A stretch of DNA of 63,825 bases, filler included, from Octopus bimaculoides (Eukaryota): assembly GCF_001194135.2 (NCBI RefSeq). It is 7 parts of 7 records of this genome, joined end to end, with 100 filler letters (N's around TTAATTAATTAA, not from the genome) between each part and the next. Parts side by side here need not be neighbours in the genome. Positions count along the whole stretch, not along the records: positions 20,611 to 44,381 come from NC_068996.1; positions 44,482 to 49,043 come from NW_026369860.1; 5 more parts are not named here. The stretch is one strand, 5' to 3'. Each line of letters starts with the position of its first letter. The first letter of the stretch is position 1. The notes beneath the pieces were generated by a model. That model was not told the origin of the DNA and did not search any database. It saw only the letters and a list, made by a program, of their open reading frames with translations. This document shows positions 33,822 through 45,629 of the stretch, piece after piece. The position numbers and the translations under genes are program-made.

Positions 33822-34506
33822 TCAAGGAGAAAAACTGGACGTAGTTAATAGGTTCCGATATCTGGGTGACCAAGTTAGTAGTGGGGGTGGGTGCGCTGAA
33901 AGTGTAGCTGCTAGAATAAGAATAGCCTGAGCAAAGTTCAGAGAGCTCTTACCCCTGCTGGCGACAAAGGGCCTCTCGCTCAGAGTAAAAGGCAGACTGT
34001 ATGATGCATGTGTATGAACAGCCATGCTACATGGCAGTGAAACATGGGCCGTGACTGTAAGCTCGCAAGGAATAAAGCCATTATGTTCCGATTGATGTGT
34101 AATGTCAGTGTGCATACCCGACAGAGTGTAAGTATCTTGAGAGAAAAGCTGAACCTAAGAAGCATCAGTTGTGGTGTGCAACAGAGACAATTGCGCTGGT
34201 ATGGACATGTGGCGAGAATGGATGAGGATAGCTGTGCGAAAAAGTGCCACATCCTAGCGATTGAGGGAACCCGTGGAAGAGGCAGGCCCAGAAAGATCTG
34301 GGATGAGGTGGTGAAGCATGACCTCAGAACATTAGGCCTCACCGAGGTAATGACTTCTGACCGAGACCTTTGGAAATATGCTGTGCGTGAGAAGACCTGG
34401 CAAGCCAAGTGAGACCAAAATCCAAGGCCTCTGCCAGGGATGTAGCCAGCCCACTTATGTGCAACATTCCTTCTTTGGATACTAAACTCCACTTGCGAAG
34501 ACCTGT
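33822..34506 (+). mobile_element. RTE-clade LINE 3' ORF portion
   Basis: FRYLG..LLHGSETW-like..LRWYGHVARM..RGRGRPRKIW..DRDLW. Confidence 0.92.
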
Positions 34507-35429
34507 NNNNNNNNNNNNNNNNNNNNNNNNNNNNNNNNNNNNNNNNNNNNNNNNNNNNNNNNNNNNNNNNNNNNNNNNNNNNNNNNNNNNNNNNNNNNNN
34601 NNNNNNNNNNNNNNNNNNNNNNNNNNNNNNNNNNNNNNNNNNNNNNNNNNNNNNNNNNNNNNNNNNNNNNNNNNNNNNNNNNNNNNNNNNNNNNNNNNNN
34701 NNNNNNNNNNNNNNNNNNNNNNNNNNNNNNNNNNNNNNNNNNNNNNNNNNNNNNNNNNNNNNNNNNNNNNNNNNNNNNNNNNNNNNNNNNNNNNNNNNNN
34801 NNNNNNNNNNNNNNNNNNNNNNNNNNNNNNNNNNNNNNNNNNNNNNNNNNNNNNNNNNNNNNNNNNNNNNNNNNNNNNNNNNNNNNNNNNNNNNNNNNNN
34901 NNNNNNNNNNNNNNNNNNNNNNNNNNNNNNNNNNNNNNNNNNNNNNNNNNNNNNNNNNNNNNNNNNNNNNNNNNNNNNNNNNNNNNNNNNNNNNNNNNNN
35001 NNNNNNNNNNNNNNNNNNNNNNNNNNNNNNNNNNNNNNNNNNNNNNNNNNNNNNNNNNNNNNNNNNNNNNNNNNNNNNNNNNNNNNNNNNNNNNNNNNNN
35101 NNNNNNNNNNNNNNNNNNNNNNNNNNNNNNNNNNNNNNNNNNNNNNNNNNNNNNNNNNNNNNNNNNNNNNNNNNNNNNNNNNNNNNNNNNNNNNNNNNNN
35201 NNNNNNNNNNNNNNNNNNNNNNNNNNNNNNNNNNNNNNNNNNNNNNNNNNNNNNNNNNNNNNNNNNNNNNNNNNNNNNNNNNNNNNNNNNNNNNNNNNNN
35301 NNNNNNNNNNNNNNNNNNNNNNNNNNNNNNNNNNNNNNNNNNNNNNNNNNNNNNNNNNGCATTGCTTGGAACTGCAAGAATTCTTTAAAGGGTTCTTGAA
35401 GCATGACTAGTAAAACAAGTGTCATCTTG

Positions 35430-35660
35430 GGTGGCGAGCTGGCAGAAATGGTAGCACGCCGGGTGAAATGCTTAGCAGTATTTCGTCTGCAGCTACATTC
35501 TGAGTTCAAATTCCGCTAAGGTCGACTTTGCTTTTCATCCTTTCGGGATCGATTAAATAGGTATCAGTTACGCACTGAGGTTAATATAATAGACTTAATC
35601 CATTTGTCTGTCCTTGTTTGTCCCCTCTGTGTGTAGCTCCTTGTGGGCAGTAAAGAAATG
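35430..35660 (+). mobile_element. SINE family A2
   Basis: A head and body with the alternative 3' end TTTGTCCCCTCTGTG..CTTGTGGGCAGTAAAGAAAT. Confidence 0.88.
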
Positions 35661-35954
35661 TGTCACCTTAGTCTGCTGGCTGTGAACAGCTGACACTTTC
35701 CATCATACACAGAAAAATAAGCTGTGAGTTTTCCTCACAGAAAAACAACAATAGTAAGAAGAAGGAAAATAGAAACAAAAAAAAATATTGAAGTAGAACT
35801 GGCTTGACCTTAATTTAATTGTTCTGCTAGATAAAAGGTCATTAAATATGTCAGCATAGTTGAACTTGACAAAGAATTACATCTCAACAAGTAAATATTT
35901 ATGTGTGTGTGTGTGAGTGCATATGTACACACATTTGTGTGTGTGTGTATGTAT

Positions 35955-36185
35955 ATTTGTCTATCTATTTACCTTTCTACCTACCCACCTACCTATCTAC
36001 CTACCTACCTATCTACCTACCTACCTACCCATCCACCCACCTACCTACCCACCCACCTATCTACCTACCTACCCACCCACCTACCTACCTATCTATTTAA
36101 ATATACCTACCTACCCACCCACCTACCTACCTACCTACCTATTTAAATATACCTACCTACCTACCCACTTACCTACCCACCCACC
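35955..36185. repeat. (CTAC/CCAC)n compound microsatellite with an internal ~50-bp duplication
   Basis: CTATTTAAATATACCTACCTACC occurs twice. Confidence 0.9.
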
Positions 36186-36562
36186 NNNNNNNNNNNNNNN
36201 NNNNNNNNNNNNNNNNNNNNNNNNNNNNNNNNNNNNNNNNNNNNNNNNNNNNNNNNNNNNNNNNNNNNNNNNNNNNNNNNNNNNNNNNNNNNNNNNNNNN
36301 NNNNNNNNNNNNNNNNNNNNNNNNNNNNNNNNNNNNNNNNNNNNNNNNNNNNNNNNNNNNNNNNNNNNNNNNNNNNNNNNNNNNNNNNNNNNNNNNNNNN
36401 NNNNNNNNNNNNNNNNNNNNNNNNNNNNNNNNNNNNNNNNNNNNNNNNNNNNNNNNNNNNNNNNNNNNNNNNNNNNNNNNNNNNNNNNNNNNNNNNNNNN
36501 NNNNNNNNNNNNNNNNNNNNNNNNNNNNNNNNNNNNNNNNNNNNNNNNNNNNNNNNNNNNNN

Positions 36563-37599
36563 AAGATTTAGGTTTCTGTTGAGTTTTTTGTATAGCTCTA
36601 TCTAGTATGCTCCAAAGATTTTCAATTGGGTTCATGTTAGGAGATTGGCTCAGCCAAGGAAGCTTTTTGATCCCATTTTCAGTCAGCCATTGTTGATTCC
36701 TTTTCGCTGTGTGGCATGGAGCCCCATCTTCCATGAATAAAAACTCATTTTCCATTATGTTATCGTGTGAATACATCAGAAGTAGTCCTTGCTTAAGTAT
36801 TTCGATGTATTTTTCAGAGTTTATGGTTCCAAAACATTCAACCAGCTCAGAGCCACCATTGCTGATGACAGCTCCCCATACCATTACAGAGATACCACCA
36901 TGTTTCACAGTTGGTTGGAGTCGTTTCAATTCAAATTCTTGATTGTGAAGCCTCCAGACCCAAACACGTCCGCTGTCTGAAAATAATGCAAATCTGGATT
37001 CATCTGAGAAAATCACTCTATCCCAAAATGAACTGGATTTTTCTGACATTTCCTTAGTCTATTTCTTTCTTTTCATGATATTAGTTGGTCAAAGGAGAGG
37101 TTTTCTTCTAGCTGCTCATCCATAATACCCAAGCTTATGCAGATATAACACACGTTCTTGGACTAACTTCTTGCTGTTTTGCAATGTCAGAAGCCTTTGA
37201 ACAGGATTCGTTTTCAAAAATTCTCTTCAAACAGCAAAGCTTCCTTTCCGAGGACCAAGGTCGGCCGGGACGAGAATCTGTTGATTCTTTTCCTTGGCTT
37301 TTGAATTGCACTATAATTCTATTAACAATAGCAAGAGGAATTTGAAGATTTCCAGCAATTTTTAGCTGGCTAAGATCAGCCTCAGATTACCCAACAATAC
37401 GACCTCATTGAAAATCTAACAGTTCTGCTGAATTTTTTGTGTGTGGCATGGTTACTCTTCGCAAATGTTTAATATAATGGCACCTGGAATGAAAAAGAAG
37501 AATTACCTTGTAAATTCTACACGGCTGAAAACATATTAAGACACTTAGATCAAAGATTTTGAAAATTAAAGGTGTCTATTTACTTCCTGCATGTCTGTG
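36563..37599 (-). mobile_element. Tc1 DD34E transposon, 5' TIR and catalytic domain preserved
   Basis: VIFSDESRF..TVKHGG..FMEDGAPCH..SPNMNPIENLW, with 34 residues between D and E. TIR-like end followed by TA at 37600-37601. The 3' end is in a gap. Confidence 0.92.
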
Positions 37600-37713
37600 T
37601 ATAGTGCATGTGTTTATTTGACAAAAAGAAATAAATGACCATCCTAAAATATAACAATATAACTATATATATATATATATGGACGGACACACACACACAC
37701 ATATATATATATA

Positions 37714-38833
37714 TGGACACATTTCTCTCCGACGACATCACGATTCTCTCTCACACACTGTCTTGCAACATGAAATACCTCAAGTCTTTGGTCCTCACAG
37801 TGCAGAACATTGGCTAATTTTTCCTTATCTGCTTCCCCTCTGGCTAAATAAACCTGTCTCCTAATTTCCCTTCTGGCAGTCTAATACAATTCCCTGATAC
37901 CACCGTTTTTCCAGTCCTTCCAAGCCTGTTTCTTTTCTCTAATAGCCCTGTCAACAACATTGTTCCACCACCACATTATTTTGGGTCATGAGGGGACTTT
38001 GCACCAACCACAGATCTCGTCGGTGGCCCTCAGCAGGTTGTCCCGTAGAAACATCCAGTTGTCCTCTACATTGTGTGAAGCTACATCCCCTTCTATTTCG
38101 TCGAAGGCTTCGAGTAATAAGTCTCTAAATCTCTGTCCATTCGCAGGATCTTTGAGCTTCCATACCCTTCTCCTCCAAGCTGGTCGTCTTCTGGGCATCC
38201 ATTTAGCTCTGATCCTGAAGTCACTAACTACTAGTCTATGTTGTAGGGTACATTCTTTGCCTGGGAATGTTTTGGCATTTCTAAGCAGCCATCTTTCCCT
38301 TTTTCTGGTGAGGATGTAGTCAATTTGGCTTGTGTGCCTGCCAGAACGGTAGGTGACAAGGTGACTGGCAGGTTTCCTGAAGTTAGTATTGCAGACCATA
38401 AGGTCATTTGCATCACAGAACTCCAGCAGCCTGGTTCCCTCCTCATTGCGGGAACCAAAACCATAGCCTCCATGTACGCCACGGAAGCCCCCTGTATGTT
38501 GTCCTACATGACCATTGAAGTCACCAGCCACAAAGAGAAGGTCCTTGTCAGTCATCACCGAGGTAGTCTGCAAGAGGGTGTCATAAAATCTTTCTGTCCA
38601 TCGGGTAGCCCCAGCTGAGAGGCATAGGCCAACATAATGATTGCTAACTCATGATGAAGCTCTAATCTAATCTTAAGTATTCTGTCACATACTCTAACTA
38701 CCTCGATTACCTTATCCACCCATTTCTCTGCAAGAAGTATACCCATGCCCCTGACCCCATCTGTGTTCCCTGCCCAGAAAATCTTGTACCTGTGTTCTTT
38801 GCCTGTGAGGAACCTAGCGGAACCTCCTCTCCA
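37714..38833 (-). mobile_element. RTE LINE apurinic endonuclease and linker, inverted relative to its RT
   Basis: WRGGSARFL..GDFNGHVG..SQIDYIL..QHRLVV..WWWN..VVGEKCV. Confidence 0.92.
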
Positions 38834-40235
38834 GAAATGTGTCTGCATAGATGATGGTTCACCTGCACTAAATGAGGCTGCAAAAAGAGAGGTTTGGAGA
38901 TGCCACTATGAAAGGTTGCTCAATAAAGAAAATGAATGGGAAAAAGAGAGTCTGCCGAATGTCGACTCAACAGAGAGACCAGCTATCTGAGTTGACAGTA
39001 CCTTGGTAGATAAAGCAATTAAGAGTAAAGGAAGACAGTAAAAGCCCCCGGCCCATCAGGAATCAATACAGAGATGCTCAAAATATCTGACTGTGTCGGC
39101 TATAGGCTAGTCACCCGTATTACGAACCAGGTGATACACGAAGGAGTCATACCCAATCACTAGTGTAGCAGCACCAAAGTCAACTGCTACAAAGGTAAAG
39201 GTGATGCTTTAGATACAAATAATTACAGGGGTATCAAGTTGCTAGATCAGGTAATGAAAGACATGGAGAGGGTTATAGCCCAACTAATTAGGGAGCGAGT
39301 CAGTTTAGATGAGATGCAGTTTGGGTTTGTGCCAGGGAAAAGCACCACTGATGCTATATTTTTGGTAAGACAGCTGCAGGAGAAATACCTAGCCAAAGAT
39401 AAACCTCTGTANNNNNNNNNNNNNNNNNNNNNNNNNNNNNNNNNNNNNNNNNNNNNNNNNNNNNNNNNNNNNNNNNNNNNNNNNNNNNNNNNNNNNNNNN
39501 NNNNNNNNNNNNNNNNNNNNNNNNNNNNNNNNNNNNNNNNNNNNNNNNNNNNNNNNNNNNNNNNNNNNNNNNNNNNNNNNNNNNNNNNNNNNNNNNNNNN
39601 NNNNNNNNNNNNNNNNNNNNNNNNNNNNNNNNNNNNNNNNNNNNNNNNNNNNNNNNNNNNNNNNNNNNNNNNNNNNNNNNNNNNNNNNNNNNNNNNNNNN
39701 NNNNNNNNNNNNNNNNNNNNNNNNNNNNNNNNNNNNNNNNNNNNNNNNNNNNNNNNNNNNNNNNNNNNNNNNNNNNNNNNNNNNNNNNNNNNNNNNNNNN
39801 NNNNNNNNNNNNNNNNNNNNNNNNNNNNNNNNNNNNNNNNNNNNNNNNNNNNNNNNNNNNNNNNNNNNNNNNNNNNNNNNNNNNNNNNNNNNNNNNNNNN
39901 NNNNNNNNNNNNNNNNNNNNNNNNNNNNNNNNNNNNNNNNNNNNNNNNNNNNNNNNNNNNNNNNNNNNNNNNNNNNNNNNNNNNNNNNNNNNNNNNNNNN
40001 NNNNNNNNNNNNNNNNNNNNNNNNNNNNNNNNNNNNNNNNNNNNNNNNNNNNNNNNNNNNNNNNNNNNNNNNNNNNNNNNNNNNNNNNNNNNNNNNNNNN
40101 NNNNNNNNNNNNNNNNNNNNNNNNNNNNNNNNNNNNNNNNNNNNNNNNNNNNNNNNNNNNNNNNNNNNNNNNNNNNNNNNNNNNNNNNNNNNNNNNGCTG
40201 GGGACAAAGGGCCTCTTGTTCAGAGTTAAACCCTC
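38833..40235 (+). mobile_element. RTE LINE RT portion (partly in a gap)
   Basis: KCVCIDDG..KAPGPSG..KGKGDAL..NYRGIKLL..QFGFVPGKSTTDAIF. Confidence 0.9.
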
Positions 40236-40393
40236 CATGCAAAGAGCACAAGTGGTTCTTTTTTCTATATTTTCTTTTTGTTGTTAACTTCCTACATGAA
40301 GTGCACAAATCATGTTCTAAGTTTCCCTGTGAAATGTGACAGTAAATTTTCTTTTTTATATTTGAACATTTCTTTGTTCAATCTCCATTGCAG

Positions 40394-40429
40394 CACAAAG
40401 ACAAAAAGACTGAAATTCACTGGAGGAAA
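40394..40429 (+). CDS. Candidate 36-nt host micro-exon (HKDKKTEIHWRK)
   Basis: Pyrimidine-rich acceptor ..CTCCATTGCAG, phase 0, weak donor GTCTGA. Confidence 0.22.
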
Positions 40430-40699
40430 GTCTGAGAAATTGTCACTAATGGAAAAAATCTTGAAGATTTGAAGATTTGTGTAAATGTGTGTTTTGTGTG
40501 CAAAAGTGTGTTTTGTATGAATGTGTATGTGTTTGTGTTTATGTGTTTGTGACTGTGCTCGTGTGTGCATGTGTTTGTGTATGAGTGGGTTTATGTGTAT
40601 GTGTGTGTTTGTGAGGGTATGAGTGCATGCGCTAGTGTGTGTGTATATTTATTAATATTTCTTTTAACACACATATGTATATATGTATACACACACACA

Positions 40700-40746
<47 letters not shown>

Positions 40747-41294
40747 ATAAGAAAATGGAGGGGATCAAGAGTTGGTATTCATCAACTTTTAGACATTATA
40801 TTATGTCTATTTATTTATTTAAAAAAAAAAACCATTATAATAATATACATACATGTATAACATATTATGCTTTACATATATAAAAATACCAGTAATTATT
40901 AAAATATATAACGTAGAAAATAGGAAGTAGAATAGTATCTTACAGCTGTGTCAGCCAAGAGGTCATAGTACCCTACTTTACTTCCATCCCTTCAGTGAAG
41001 TATTTCGTAGATAAGATTAAGGTACTTTGGTGTGCCTCTGGGCTTTGTCAGAGAGTTTAGAAAGTTCATAAGGTTAAGTTATAGATATAAATACATATAT
41101 ACAGACTTTTACATATACATATACATAAATACATATCTATACATTTATATGTATATGCATACAAAGAAATCAATTATTATTATTAGGGGTATTATATTAT
41201 TCCTATTAGATAAAGTATAAACAGAGGAAAGAAACAAATTATCAAAAAAGAAATAATAGTGGAATTTAAATGATAAATCTATCTTAAGATTATT

Positions 41295-41430
41295 GTCCCA
41301 GTGGCACGTAAAAAGCACCATCTGAACATGGCCGATGCCAGTGCTCCTTGGCTGGCTTCTGTGCCAGTGGCACTTAAAAACCACCCACTACACTCTTGGA
41401 GTTGTTGGCATTAGGAAGGGCATCCATTCC
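41295..41430 (+). mobile_element. RTE 3' UTR subrepeat fragment
   Basis: GTGGCACGTAAAAAGCACC units and GTTGGCATTAGGAAGGGCATCC. Confidence 0.8.
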
Positions 41431-41829
41431 TGGGTTACTAGAGCTATGTTTGATAGTGTAAAGTCTTAGTGAAACACATATGGCCTTTCATTGCATACAC
41501 TGTCTATTATTTCCAGGACCTCAATGTAGGCTGCAGAGTTAACTCTAAGGCCTTGTGGAAAGAAGTAAGGATGCATCACATGCCCTTCATTGCTCTCGAC
41601 CCCTAAACTCATGCAAATTGAAATCTATGCGAATGCAAAACAGCATCACATTTGACAGAACAATCTTGAATGTTAAAGGAATAACTTTGATCAGATTCTG
41701 TTCGATTATTTCATTATTTCATGCTATGAGGTAAAAAGAAAAAAAAAGGGGAAAAAAGAAAAAGCCTAATATTTCTGTTGGGTTATTCATTGTGGATAAT
41801 TAAGATGTCCAGTGGGATAGAACAGAAGA

Positions 41830-42690
41830 AGTGAGGGCGAGGAAAAAGGATACAAGAGTGTAGAACAAAGAAAGAGGAAGGGAAGAGTATGGGAGGAGGA
41901 GGGGAAGGGGAAGAAGGAAGAAAGGGAAAGAGGAAGGGTGAGGTGGAAGGGGAACAAGGAAGAAAAGTGAGGAGGAAGGGGGAGGCAGAGGAGTGGTGGA
42001 AGGGAGGAGGAAGGTGAGGAGGAAGGTGAGGAGGAAGGGGAACAAGGAAGAAAGGGGAGGAGGAAGGGGAGGAGGAAGGGGAGGAANNNNNNNNNNNNNN
42101 NNNNNNNNNNNNNNNNNNNNNNNNNNNNNNNNNNNNNNNNNNNNNNNNNNNNNNNNNNNNNNNNNNNNNNNNNNNNNNNNNNNNNNNNNNNNNNNNNNNN
42201 NNNNNNNNNNNNNNNNNNNNNNNNNNNNNNNNNNNNNNNNNNNNNNNNNNNNNNNNNNNNNNNNNNNNNNNNNNNNNNNNNNNNNNNNNNNNNNNNNNNN
42301 NNNNNNNNNNNNNNNNNNNNNNNNNNNNNNNNNNNNNNNNNNNNNNNNNNNNNNGGAGGAGGAAGGGGAACAATGAAGAAAGGGGAGGAGGAAGGATGAG
42401 GAAGAATGTGAGGAGGAAGGGGAGGAAGAAGGTGAGGAGAAAGTGTGAGGAGGAAGAGGGAGAGGAAGGTGAGGAGGAAGAGGGAAGAAGAAGGGGAGGA
42501 GGAAGGGGAACAATGAAGAAAGGGGAGAAGGAAGGATGAGGAGGAAAGGTGAGGAGGAAGAGGGAGAGGAAGGTGAGGAGGAAGAGGGAAGAAGAAGGGG
42601 TAGGAGAAAGGGGGAAGAGGAAGAAAGGGGAGGAGGAAGAAGGGAAAGAGGGAGAGGAATGGGCAGAACAGGAGGAAGAGGAATCAAATT
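41830..42690. repeat. Long polypurine GGA/GAG/GAA tract with higher-order repeats
   Basis: GGAGGAAGGGGAACAATGAAGAAAGGGGAG recurs. Almost no pyrimidines on the + strand. Confidence 0.9.
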
Positions 42691-42939
42691 TAGTTTTGTG
42701 ACTGGCCGTCCAAAATTTTCAACACCCAACATCTAGTCAACTCCAGCTGACCCCTGCTTTCGTCACGACTGTTCTTCAGGGATTTCTGGACTTACTATTA
42801 ATAATGTACAGTAACCCCCTCCACACACACTCACACACACACACATCGCCACCACCACCACCATTGCTTTCACCACTATTACCATTAATTAACAAGGAAT
42901 CAAACAGAACAGATCTTGAATTGACAAGATCGATAAATT

Positions 42940-43200
42940 TGCATTAAATTATGAAAATTGTAAACTGGCACCAAATCCAGAATTTGTACAGTAATATTAT
43001 CAGATGCTTTTGGACAGACATTACAGCACAAGTCATTAGTGAAAGCTATCTTGACAAGAAGAGTGGAGAAAAAGAAGAACAAGAAGCTATCAAAGACGAT
43101 GGTTGACTGATGACATCAAAAAATGGAGTGGAACCAATAACCTGACACTGATTGCATGCATGCTGTACAACACAAAGGTAACTAAAGAATCTTGCCGAGC
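42940..43200 (+). mobile_element. Old RTE 3' ORF remnant
   Basis: ..SLVKAIL..WLTDDIKKWSG.. resembles the RTE C-terminus. Confidence 0.45.
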
Positions 43201-43329
43201 CTTCTCTTGGACACAGGGAGAACACCTGGTTGATGAATGTGTGTGTCCGTGTGTTACACACCAAGAGAATCAGAAAATCTTTATGCTGCATTTGCCATTA
43301 TCATATCATATACCCAGGCCTATTCCTCA

Positions 43330-43735
43330 TTTTTTTTTTCAGAGTGGATGGCCACAACAAGACACACACCAAGCATTCCATTCATTTCCCAGCTCAAAGA
43401 GGTGAGCCACATTCTATGCTTGGTTCAAGGCATAGAACGCAACCCCCAATATCAGCACCAGGGCCCCGACAGCATATGCTGGTTCTGTACCCCTTTGAGC
43501 AACATCAAATTCATTCATCCATCTACAAACACTCTCCAAGCTTTCCTATCATTTATAAACTCTCCAGCCTCTCTCACTCCAACATTTCTAACCACCAAAG
43601 CTTTCCTCACTCCATCCAGCTACACAAACCGAGGTCTGCCTCTGGTTCTGTTGATTGCCACTTCAGCCTTCATCACCCTCCTTACCATCCGCTCCTCATC
43701 CATCCTCTCCATGTGGCCAAACCACCTCAATATAC
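43330..43735 (-). mobile_element. RTE LINE 3' end (second family) with A-rich tail
   Basis: LRWFGHMERMDEERMVRRV..RGRPRF..DGVRKAL..DRKAWRVFV. Confidence 0.85.
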
Positions 43736-43769
43736 ATCTATCCAATTTGGTTCTTCAGTTTCAATAAGC

Positions 43770-43980
43770 ACAATGCTGTTTGTATGGATGGATGGATGGA
43801 GTGAGGAAAGCTTTGGTCGTTAGAGGTGTTGGAGTGAGAGAGGCAAGAGAGTTTATAAATGACAGGAAAGCTTGGAGAGTGTTTGTGGATGGATAAGTGA
43901 ATTTGATGTTGCTCAAAGGGGTACGGAACCAGCATGATGCAGCAGGGGTAAATCAGCATATGCTGTCAGGCCCCAGCTGC
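43770..43980 (+). mobile_element. Second copy of the same RTE 3' end, inverted to the first
   Basis: Reverse complement of ~43465-43625. Confidence 0.85.
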
Positions 43981-44054
43981 TGTTCAAAGTCTTCAGTTGT
44001 TCCACTCCACCAAGGTACAATTTGTAATTGAATCTAAGTAACTACCTTTTTAAC

Positions 44055-44271
44055 TGTTCCTTTTACTTGTTTCAGCCATTTGACCGTGGCCATGCTGGGG
44101 CAGTGCCTTGAAGGGTTTTAGCGAAGCCAATCAACCCTAGGTCTTATCATTTCTGAAGCCTAGTACTTATTCTATCGGTCTCTTTTGCTGAACCACTAAG
44201 TTACAGGGACATAAACATAGCAACAGTAGTTGTCAAGTGGTGGTGGGAGACAAACACAGACACAGAGATAA

Positions 44272-44320
<49 letters not shown>

Positions 44321-44380
44321 TATATATATGTATGTATGTATATGTATATATGTGTATATGTATATGTATATATGTGTATA
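44055..44380 (-). mobile_element. SINE family B 3' half with microsatellite
   Basis: Family B tail match. Confidence 0.85.
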
Positions 44381-44539
44381 TNNNNNNNNNNNNNNNNNNN
44401 NNNNNNNNNNNNNNNNNNNNNNNNNTTAATTAATTAANNNNNNNNNNNNNNNNNNNNNNNNNNNNNNNNNNNNNNNNNNNNGACCTTGAACTCTGCTGTG
44501 CATGCACACTAAGTTTTAATGTTCTAGCTCAATTCCGCT

Positions 44540-45140
44540 GTTTACTGCAGTGCTTGGAAAGAAGGTGTGTAGTATGTAATCGTGAAAGTTGTCATGGCAA
44601 TACCTGCTCAGAGGCCTACACAAAGTTGCAGAAAGTGTATGGAGAGGAGTGTATGAGCCACACACAAGTGTACAAGTAGTTCAGATGGTAAAAAAAATGT
44701 TGATATTGACGAACATTCTGGAAGACCCGCAACCAGCAGAACTGAGAAAAACAGCGCAGATCCGTGTGCAGCTCTGAGGGGAAATCGCCAAATCACCATC
44801 CATGAGTTACCAGAGAATGTGCAGATTAGTTGCAGTTCAGTTCAGTGCATTATTACTGAAGATTTGAGTATGAGATGCATGTCTGCCTAGTTTGTGCCAA
44901 AACTGCTTTCAGCTGACCAAAAAGACACTCGGGTTTCAGTTTCACAAGATCTTAATTGTGTCAAGAATGATGAAAACTTTTTGAAAACTTTACATAGGCC
45001 TCTGAGCAGGTATCGCCAAACTTTTGGCAAAATCTGATGCAGATTCTCTGCTCAACTTTCTCTGTCATGGTCAGTGTTACGATCACATGCTACATACTTT
45101 CCTTTCAAGCTCTGCTGTAAATAGCAGAAGTGAGCTGGAA
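44540..45140 (+). mobile_element. Internally deleted mariner relic
   Basis: ..KVYGEECMSHTQVYK..SGRP..IITEDL..FVPKLLSADQK.. Confidence 0.7.
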
Positions 45141-45266
45141 TGTTAAAACTTAGTGTGTGTGTACAGCAGAGTTCAAGGTCAATCTGTGCCAAGCGACCTC
45201 ACTCTGCATGCTTTAGCTCCATTCCTATAATAAGAGTTTCGATACTTATTGATCAGACCACGTATA

Positions 45267-45560
45267 TCTATATATATAAAGATGAGAATGAGTGTCTGTG
45301 TGAATCCCTAAAATTTGAGAACTACACAACCAATTTCATTCAAATTTTACACATGCCTTACTTAGGGTCCATGTAGTGTCATAGGCCCAAAAAATTTTTA
45401 ACTTCTTGCCTAGTGCAAGCCCAGAGCAATATCATATCTCCTCCACTATTTCAGCATTACGTGTCAAAAATGAAACAATAACATCTCTCTTTTGTAATGT
45501 CAGATATTTTCACTTTAGTAGTTTCACTTTAATACTGAAACTATTAAAGTGAAATTATTA
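45267..45560 (+). mobile_element. Helitron-type non-autonomous element 5' part (family F)
   Basis: Starts TCTATATATATAAAGATGAG. Homologous to 60420-60750, with TTTCACTTT subrepeats. No 3' hairpin seen. Confidence 0.55.
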
Positions 45561-45629
45561 TCTCACATATATACAGGCATACATATATACATACATATAT
45601 ATAATATATATATATATTATGTGTATATA

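Noticed and set aside
36153-37049. Tc1 ORF as an active or domesticated transposase
   Set aside because: The catalytic half is open, but the upstream DNA-binding region is frameshifted and the 3' end is in a gap.
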